Shown in pieces: positions 57,579-64,000 of a stretch of DNA of 64,000 bases (its first letter is position 1; every line of letters starts with the position of its first letter). This DNA comes from a virus. The stretch covers positions 1-64,000 of the IMG/VR virus record IMGVR_UViG_3300021959_007960; one strand, written 5' to 3'. The notes under the pieces are model-generated. The model did not search any database and was not told where the DNA came from. It worked only from the letters and a program-made list of their open reading frames with translations. The position numbers and the translations under genes are program-made.

Positions 57579-58625
57579 TTACGTAAATAAATCCGCAATT
57601 TTAGTCAGCATCAAGTTTCTTCTAAAAGTACTTATGTTTCTTCCTCTATAAAACTCTAACTCTGAAGGAAGATCTCCTCCTTGAGTTCTTTCGTAATATT
57701 CATCAAATGTTTCGGAAAATGTATCGCCCTCTGTGCCACCAAAAAACATATTACTATCTCCAAACAAGAGTAGAGCTCCATTTCCAAGCCTATCTCCTTT
57801 ACCTTGAACATTACCTCCTGGACAGCCTGGGGCGTCATCAACATTGCGGTTTACATTGTATTTATTGGTTGTAGTAAATGGTGCTGTTCCCCCAACTATT
57901 TCAGCCGTTGCTGCACCTTGAACCATCACATTTGTTAGTAAAGGAGAATTGCTATTATTATATTTTTCATAAGCAGCTGAAATTGTATTACAACCTCTAC
58001 GAATACTAGATCCAAGAGTTATCATATGATCTTCAAAACCTATCTTGTCACCACATCCATCTTCATCATTATCAGCATTATTTCCCCATTCACAATTACT
58101 TAAATAAAATCCTCCAGACTCGATAAATTCTTTCACATCATAAGATTCTAAATACGGATAGGTTCCACATTTCGAATAAAAATAATCTATTACTACATCA
58201 CATCCCGGACCAGCTAAATCTCGTGTTTGATACCAAGGAACCTCTACACCACCATATTCAAATGTTGTATTATCGTCTATTCTGTGGTCACCCAACTCCT
58301 CAGAGTATCCGAATATGTATAGATTGGTTCTATTTTCGTCCTGAAAACTGGCTCGTAATGTTCTTTCCTCCATTGAGAGCCACTTTGAATAATTTGCATG
58401 AAAACAAATTCTAGACCTTGGAGCTTCCTCACAACAACAACCAAAATCTTTTTTAAGATCTTCTACTGTTGTTGAGTTACTGCCTAGAATACCAATACCT
58501 GGATATTGTGGAGATGAGCTTATTCCTGTACCTAATCCTTTTTGACTAAATATTCTAAAAAGGTTTGAAATACTAAATGGATTAAATAATTTTTTCTTTT
58601 CAGGTTCAATTATTTGCCCTGCCAT
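57579..58625 (-). CDS. Hypothetical protein with possible DUF4350/GIFT-like domain
   Basis: FIESGG...E and G.LLLFGDSNMF motifs; GCCC triplet. Confidence 0.5.
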   Translation of the reverse strand: MAGQIIEPEKKKLFNPFSISNLFRIFSQKGLGTGISSSPQYPGIGILGSNSTTVEDLKKDFGCCCEEAPRSRICFHANYSKWLSMEERTLRASFQDENRTNLYIFGYSEELGDHRIDDNTTFEYGGVEVPWYQTRDLAGPGCDVVIDYFYSKCGTYPYLESYDVKEFIESGGFYLSNCEWGNNADNDEDGCGDKIGFEDHMITLGSSIRRGCNTISAAYEKYNNSNSPLLTNVMVQGAATAEIVGGTAPFTTTNKYNVNRNVDDAPGCPGGNVQGKGDRLGNGALLLFGDSNMFFGGTEGDTFSETFDEYYERTQGGDLPSELEFYRGRNISTFRRNLMLTKIADLFT

Positions 58626-58927
58626 TTATACCATCCCCTATTTGGCATATATTCTCCCTTATCGTCTTTACGCTTAGGGAACAGCGTACCACCCTTCTTG
58701 TGTTGACCAAAAGCAAGTGTGGCTCCACAGTCCATACATCGCAATTCATAATATTCATTGTCTTCTACAACTCTTACTACAAATTTAATATTTTCAGATC
58801 CACACATTCCACATTTCGTTTCTCCAAAAATTTCTTGTATAGAGGCAAGCTCTTTAAATATTTCTTTTTGGCCTTCGCCTTCAACTTCAAATTGTAATTT
58901 ATCACTAACTTTATATGACGCTCTCAT
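58610..58927 (-). CDS. Zn-ribbon protein
   Basis: CGMCGS...CMDCGA. Confidence 0.7.
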   Translation of the reverse strand: MRASYKVSDKLQFEVEGEGQKEIFKELASIQEIFGETKCGMCGSENIKFVVRVVEDNEYYELRCMDCGATLAFGQHKKGGTLFPKRKDDKGEYMPNRGWYKWQGK

Positions 58928-59589
58928 TTCCAGTCCTCTTCGTATCCTAGAATAGTTTCGGGTATAGCACTAGTATCCTGTTGATAACTAGATAACTTTC
59001 TAATAATAGATACACCACTAGTATGATCTAGCTCGTCAATATCTATAGATAAATCCATATTTTCTAAACATTTTACAGGATTAATATTCAGCCTTTTACA
59101 AAGAACATCCATAAAATTTAACTGATTATTAGTAACTTTGCCTACCGTTGTTCCATCAATATCTTCTACTTCTTCAGCTAGTTCTTCAGCGGCTACCACT
59201 TTCCTTAACCGTAATCCTCTTCTTAAAGCCCTACCTTCAGCCCTTGTTTCTGCAACAGCCACAGGATGATTACGGAAAATTTTGTCACAATTTCCCCAAT
59301 ACACATCAGCAGCCCCATTTACTGTTCTGGTTTTAATGGCATTGTCTAGTTTAGAATCATTTAAAACATACGTCAGAGAATGGACCACAGTGGCCCTATT
59401 GCCATTCATTGGGTCTGGAGATTGAGTGACTTCCGAAGAAGATCCTGTTAAAGTACAGTTCATAGCTATCTCAAAAATCCTACGCAATCCATCTGTGGTA
59501 GGATTACCCATAATTTTCTCGTCGTCTGACAGAAGTCCTAGTACATAGTCTGTCCACTCAATATCATGAATTTTTGGCTTTTTAGTCAT
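58924..59589 (-). CDS. Putative Rad52/Sak-like single-strand annealing protein
   Basis: AVAETRAEGRALRRGL motif. Confidence 0.5.
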   Translation of the reverse strand: MTKKPKIHDIEWTDYVLGLLSDDEKIMGNPTTDGLRRIFEIAMNCTLTGSSSEVTQSPDPMNGNRATVVHSLTYVLNDSKLDNAIKTRTVNGAADVYWGNCDKIFRNHPVAVAETRAEGRALRRGLRLRKVVAAEELAEEVEDIDGTTVGKVTNNQLNFMDVLCKRLNINPVKCLENMDLSIDIDELDHTSGVSIIRKLSSYQQDTSAIPETILGYEEDWK

Positions 59590-60367
59590 TGTTGTCCTCT
59601 ATGTAAAATAATTGTTCTTTACTATCCGAAATACTTTCTAGTAATTTCATAAGTTTGTTGCTCAAAATAATTGCTTTAGCTTTAGAATAATCTCCTGTTT
59701 GTTTAATTCTAATAAGCTTCATACCTTTACCAAGTATAAGTCCTGTTTTTTTCTGATCATATTTTTGATTTCTGTTTAGAGCATTACTTCCCCATACAGG
59801 TTCAAAATGAGAAGGTCCGTCTACTTCTATTGCTATATTATGCTGTGGTAAGAATATGTCAATCTGTAATTTTGTATTCGCTAGAATTTGTTCTTTATGG
59901 AATTGTGTTTTATAGTTATTTTCTAATAATTTAGCAAGAAGAAATTTTTCTAGTTTAGATCCTTCAACACTAGATCTTCTAATAGCTACATGTGCCGCAT
60001 GTTGCATATTTTCTTTTGTTTTATCGTCCATATCGTTCCATCTTTTTTTACTATCTTGTTTTCTCTTTTTTCTTTCTTTGTCTGATAGATTATTCCAAGA
60101 TGAATGCATACTTAAAGAAATTTTATCTTTTTCAGAATCCGACCTTTTCTTTCCTTTAGTTGGGTGTTTAGATTTGCCAGATTGCAAAACATTTTTTTGT
60201 GCTTCGCTTTTATTTCGTATGGGTAATTTAAACTTCATAGCATCTCTTCTCACCTTATTTGCATAAGTTCCATGTGTTTTGGCTATTTCTCCAAAGGATT
60301 GTTTTTCTTCTACGTATAACTTTTTTATAAGTTTAATTTTATCAGTATCATTCATCTGTTGATACAT
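59582..60367 (-). CDS. Homing endonuclease-like protein (NUMOD3-like plus Vsr/DUF559-type nuclease)
   Basis: KGKKRSDSEKDKIS DNA-binding motif and IDIF...IAIEVDGPSH...D..K nuclease motif. Confidence 0.7.
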   Translation of the reverse strand: MYQQMNDTDKIKLIKKLYVEEKQSFGEIAKTHGTYANKVRRDAMKFKLPIRNKSEAQKNVLQSGKSKHPTKGKKRSDSEKDKISLSMHSSWNNLSDKERKKRKQDSKKRWNDMDDKTKENMQHAAHVAIRRSSVEGSKLEKFLLAKLLENNYKTQFHKEQILANTKLQIDIFLPQHNIAIEVDGPSHFEPVWGSNALNRNQKYDQKKTGLILGKGMKLIRIKQTGDYSKAKAIILSNKLMKLLESISDSKEQLFYIEDNND

Positions 60368-60752
60368 TTTTGATCTCCTCTAGAGATTTAATGTTTGTAA
60401 AAGTTAGCTTATGATATTTATCTTCTAGCTTTTCTAAAAGTTCTTCATTATCATATGTATAATAATTATGATGGTCATATACTGCTGGTATTTCTAAAAG
60501 TTTTTCGTCCAAGATTACGATATCTTTTTTCTCTGTATTAAGATAATTTAAATGAAAATTAGGAATAAATAAATTTACAGGAACTTGAAAATCATCAGTA
60601 TATATAGCATAATTATATTTTGTTTTAAATTTATCATCTAGAGATAATTTAATCAATTCTTTTACACAAGGAGATTCGTATGTTTTATTATCAAAAACTG
60701 AACAGGCTACTCCCAAATGATTGTCGATATATTTAATTTTTATAACAGCCAT
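60348..60752 (-). CDS. Hypothetical protein
   Basis: 134-aa ORF in an operon of overlapping genes. Confidence 0.6.
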   Translation of the reverse strand: MAVIKIKYIDNHLGVACSVFDNKTYESPCVKELIKLSLDDKFKTKYNYAIYTDDFQVPVNLFIPNFHLNYLNTEKKDIVILDEKLLEIPAVYDHHNYYTYDNEELLEKLEDKYHKLTFTNIKSLEEIKNVSTDE

Positions 60753-60756
60753 ATTT

Positions 60757-61449
60757 TTATCCTATATATTGTTGTAGTGATTTTTTGTTAAATACTAAAT
60801 GAGTGTCTTTGTTTTTTAAAGTACTAGGTTTGCAAGTGCTTCCTTTAGAAATGCAATAGTTCAAAATTTCAAATAAGAACTTATTTTTATTATTTTCAAA
60901 TTCAAAGTTATTCATAATAAAATCTTTAGTGTGCTGATTGATATAAACTAATCCTATATATTTGTGTTGTAAGCCAAAAAATAAATTCAATACATTACCA
61001 TTATCTATAACACAACCTAAATCAATATCTTCATTTTGTTTGTGCTTGTGAGTAATACAGCCTATTGTTATGTCTGTAGTTGACGTATCTAGGTCTTTCA
61101 AACATTGAGAAGACAGAACTAACCCACACTCTATATTAACTACATCTGGGTATTTGGCAAGTGCTAAACCTTTAAGAAATGATCCTCCATAATTAATATT
61201 ATTATAATCTAAATACAAGTACTTAACATGAGGTAGTTTTTTCTGTATAAATTTATGTGTTTTATAGTTTTCAATACTATTTACTAGAATGATTTCATAC
61301 GGTGTGTTTACGCAAAATTTAGCTATAGAATAACATTGTTTTTCTATTATGTTTTTACGCTTATTGGTAAATAGACATTTTGACCCTAGTGATTTTATTC
61401 CACTATCATAATATGGGCATGTTATAATAAAGCTAATCGGTTTCTTCAT
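60757..61449 (-). CDS. Nucleotidyltransferase-like protein (GT-A fold, degenerate)
   Basis: IKSLGSKCL...IIEKQ N-terminus resembles sugar-phosphate nucleotidyltransferases. Confidence 0.5.
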   Translation of the reverse strand: MKKPISFIITCPYYDSGIKSLGSKCLFTNKRKNIIEKQCYSIAKFCVNTPYEIILVNSIENYKTHKFIQKKLPHVKYLYLDYNNINYGGSFLKGLALAKYPDVVNIECGLVLSSQCLKDLDTSTTDITIGCITHKHKQNEDIDLGCVIDNGNVLNLFFGLQHKYIGLVYINQHTKDFIMNNFEFENNKNKFLFEILNYCISKGSTCKPSTLKNKDTHLVFNKKSLQQYIG

Positions 61450-61876
61450 GTTTTTTTATAGATATACTATATTCATATCCGTTTGTGTATGATGCCATGT
61501 CTATTTTAGTATTTTTTATCTTATTCACTAGACTTATCATTTCATCAAAAGTGTGGCAAAAACCTCGTTGATTTTCATATAAAATATATCTAAGTTTATC
61601 CATACTTAAATTCATCCTAGCACCAAACCAACATACTTGAAATATATCTGGTGCCTGTATATGAATTAATCCATCTGTTTTAGTTTTATCTACAATACTA
61701 TTTAAAGTATCCTCAAAATCTTTGGGAGGAATATAGTCTAGCAGATCTCCTATAAAAATATTATCACAAGAGTTATTGTCTATTTGTTCAATATCAGATA
61801 GTTCGTGTTCACTGTAACTATCAGGGTATTGAGTATCTTCATTAATTATTAATGCTATATCTTTAGCCATTATCAT
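61433..61876 (-). CDS. Degenerate SAM-methyltransferase-like protein
   Basis: DNNSCDNIF..DLLDYI....L.......K.DG.I.I.APD pattern. Confidence 0.5.
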   Translation of the reverse strand: MIMAKDIALIINEDTQYPDSYSEHELSDIEQIDNNSCDNIFIGDLLDYIPPKDFEDTLNSIVDKTKTDGLIHIQAPDIFQVCWFGARMNLSMDKLRYILYENQRGFCHTFDEMISLVNKIKNTKIDMASYTNGYEYSISIKKHEETD

Positions 61877-62348
61877 CCTGTTCTGTATCTAGTTTAAAAA
61901 CTTCTTCAGACAATTCTTTAAACAGTGCTTTCCACTTGTCAATGTCTTTCTTGTCAGTAATATCCATTCCTATTGCATCATGATAATTATCTATGCCCCA
62001 TGATTCAGCAACATTAGCATTTAATGCTATCTGTCTGTATGTAATTTTAGGTGGAGATATTTTATTTAAAGATACAAATTTTGGTTTTGCTGTACAATCC
62101 AATATAATTAAAGGAACATGCAAATGGTGTGCGAGATATAAACACTTCTCTAGCATTTCTGTTTTGTTTAAACATATTACACTGTGAATACCTATATGAC
62201 TAAAAATAGCATCGTCCATACCATGTACATTTTTTTTACCTAAGACTTTAGTAAAAAATCTATATATATGTTTGTTATCTGTGCTAGAAATAACAACATG
62301 CATATTATCTTTATTTAGTGTTTTTAAAATACAATTTTTAATAGTCAT
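61863..62348 (-). CDS. Hypothetical protein (possible glycosyltransferase fragment)
   Basis: 161 aa within the glycosyltransferase cluster. Confidence 0.5.
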   Translation of the reverse strand: MTIKNCILKTLNKDNMHVVISSTDNKHIYRFFTKVLGKKNVHGMDDAIFSHIGIHSVICLNKTEMLEKCLYLAHHLHVPLIILDCTAKPKFVSLNKISPPKITYRQIALNANVAESWGIDNYHDAIGMDITDKKDIDKWKALFKELSEEVFKLDTEQDDNG

Positions 62349-63436
62349 TATAATAAATTATTAATGTTAGAGATATCGTATTGTGATATATCATCATGTA
62401 AATCATCTATTTGTTTATGTCTGGAATAGTAAGCAGTAATCATACTTTGTCTTAAATCATTATTGTCCATAGTATAATAATAATTATATATATTGTTATC
62501 TGTTATGTCATTATAATAAGCTGCTTGTGAATTACAAATCATAGAATTAACATGTAAACAATTTGTTAAATATGATGAAGTTGTAAGCCTATCATTTGAT
62601 ATGATGTGTTTATTCATGGCTGCTAAATTTAATACTGAGTATGATGCTTCATTTGTTTTATTAACGTCTACAAAACAATGTACATTACTATATATTTTTG
62701 CTAAATCTGACTTATCCAAAACATTATTAATAAGAATAGGCATATTATTATCGTTAGCTTTTAATCTGCTGTCAGTAAGAATATCGCGTATATCCTCAAG
62801 AACAAGTTGTGATTTTTCTTTTGACAAGTTATTGGTTTTTAATATAAGTCCAGTATTACTATTGGTAAAAGTAGTTACATAAGTATAAATTAATTTTTCC
62901 CAATCGTATTGCTCAGTAAAATTTAATTCTGTATAAAAATAAAATCTATCTTTTTCCATCCACTCAAAAGTTTCTGGGGTTTTATATTCTTCAATATTAG
63001 CACAGTCTAAAAGTTGTGGAGAATAAACAAATTTATCATACAGTTTAGAGGATACAATGTTCTGTAAAACTTTTAATTTAACTTTGCAGTTGACCACTAT
63101 TTGATCTAACAAGAATAGATTATTATTAATAATAGGGTCTGGATCAAAACCAGAGATATCACATATGCCTATATTTCTTTCAAAATCAGAGTGGTAAACA
63201 AACTCACTATTACCACAATGTTGTATACAAATGTCGTACCTATCAAAATTATTTTTTTCTAAATCTGCGATATCATTAAATATTTTATTATTTAAGTATT
63301 TTTCACAAAATCTTGGGATAGTTTTAATATTATGCCCTGCTTTTTGTAAGGCTTTAATATTCATATATGCATAAAAGCCTCTGTTAGATTCTTCTCTATA
63401 AGGCCCGATATATAATATATTTTTAGCAGAAGACAT
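62348..63436 (-). CDS. GT-B (GT4-like) glycosyltransferase
   Basis: NILYIGPY...AL...GH.I, YDICIQH, and LILKT...L..IY..VHCFV. Confidence 0.65.
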   Translation of the reverse strand: MSSAKNILYIGPYREESNRGFYAYMNIKALQKAGHNIKTIPRFCEKYLNNKIFNDIADLEKNNFDRYDICIQHCGNSEFVYHSDFERNIGICDISGFDPDPIINNNLFLLDQIVVNCKVKLKVLQNIVSSKLYDKFVYSPQLLDCANIEEYKTPETFEWMEKDRFYFYTELNFTEQYDWEKLIYTYVTTFTNSNTGLILKTNNLSKEKSQLVLEDIRDILTDSRLKANDNNMPILINNVLDKSDLAKIYSNVHCFVDVNKTNEASYSVLNLAAMNKHIISNDRLTTSSYLTNCLHVNSMICNSQAAYYNDITDNNIYNYYYTMDNNDLRQSMITAYYSRHKQIDDLHDDISQYDISNINNLL

Positions 63437-63438
63437 TC

Positions 63439-63999
63439 TTATCCTTTCAGGAAGGGTGATTCGTCTTTAGCTTTTCCTGATCTTAAATTTTCCAATAATG
63501 CTTTATGATTTAGTATAGACTCCAAAACTTTTTTAGCCATATCCCTGTTGTAATTTACTATGTTTCCTCCAGCAGCTACAAATCCTTGGTCTAGGTGTTG
63601 AATCATTGATTGTATCATAGTAGTTTTTAATAGGTGTGGACTCATGATAATGTTTTTAAGAGCATATGTGATCCATTCCCTATTGCTTGTTATGTCTTTA
63701 GGTATTGTAGGGTTGTTAGAGTCAAACATCATAGGCGTATCCCAATTATTTTTAGGTTCTATACTGTCAAATAGCTTTTCATATGTTTTTGCTGTCTTAT
63801 CCCAACTATAATTGTCTATAATTGCTTTTCTAATATTTACTTGTTTTTCTTTCTGTTCTTCTTTAGAAAGTTCTAGGTACTGAAACAATTGTTTAACTAA
63901 ATCTTTATCGTTAGGAACTGCTCTAAATGCTCCAGTTTCTAATTCTTTAAATAAAGCATACGGTATTTTATTTGTTTTTAATTTAGTAGTTACTTCACT
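63439..63999 (-). CDS. GT-B glycosyltransferase, C-terminal part (5' end outside the window)
   Basis: The frame is open to the window edge; YSWDKTAKTYEKLF is a typical GT4 C-terminal helix. Confidence 0.6.
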   Translation of the reverse strand, partial: SEVTTKLKTNKIPYALFKELETGAFRAVPNDKDLVKQLFQYLELSKEEQKEKQVNIRKAIIDNYSWDKTAKTYEKLFDSIEPKNNWDTPMMFDSNNPTIPKDITSNREWITYALKNIIMSPHLLKTTMIQSMIQHLDQGFVAAGGNIVNYNRDMAKKVLESILNHKALLENLRSGKAKDESPFLKG

Positions 64000-64000
64000 C

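Noticed and set aside
1-64000. tRNA or rRNA genes, integrase, lysis genes, alternative genetic code
   Set aside because: None recognised by eye, and intergenic gaps are short. TAA, TAG and TGA all end well-formed genes, consistent with the standard code.

Overview
This window is a 64-kb, AT-rich segment of a large tailed dsDNA phage. It is probably a siphovirus, because it has a very long tape measure protein and no recognisable sheath gene. It has three blocks. (1) 1-5.4 kb: small minus-strand early or accessory genes, most with their own promoter. Many of these promoters interlock a sigma28/FliA-like element (TAAAG-N15-GNCGATAW) with a sigma70 element. (2) 5.7-57.6 kb: a plus-strand morphogenesis arm. 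In order it holds a sigma-like gene, a TerS candidate, HNH and ERCC4 nucleases, TerL, portal, protease with a nested scaffold, decoration protein, major capsid protein, a 10-kb fibre cassette, neck genes, duplicated tail-tube and chaperone genes, a 2881-aa modular tape measure, a YadA-like fibre, a 2300-aa cadherin/SprB-repeat protein and a tail-tip protein. A recurrent intergenic GGTGTAT motif in this arm looks like a late promoter. (3) 57.6-64 kb: minus-strand genes for a putative single-strand annealing protein, a homing endonuclease and a glycosyltransferase cluster. The leading hypotheses are interlocked flagellar-sigma/housekeeping-sigma early promoters, a tape measure carrying cargo between repeated GG...TPGEFV modules, and virion glycosylation at enriched (S/T)-G dipeptides. 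All product calls come from motifs read by eye and from gene order; no database search was run.
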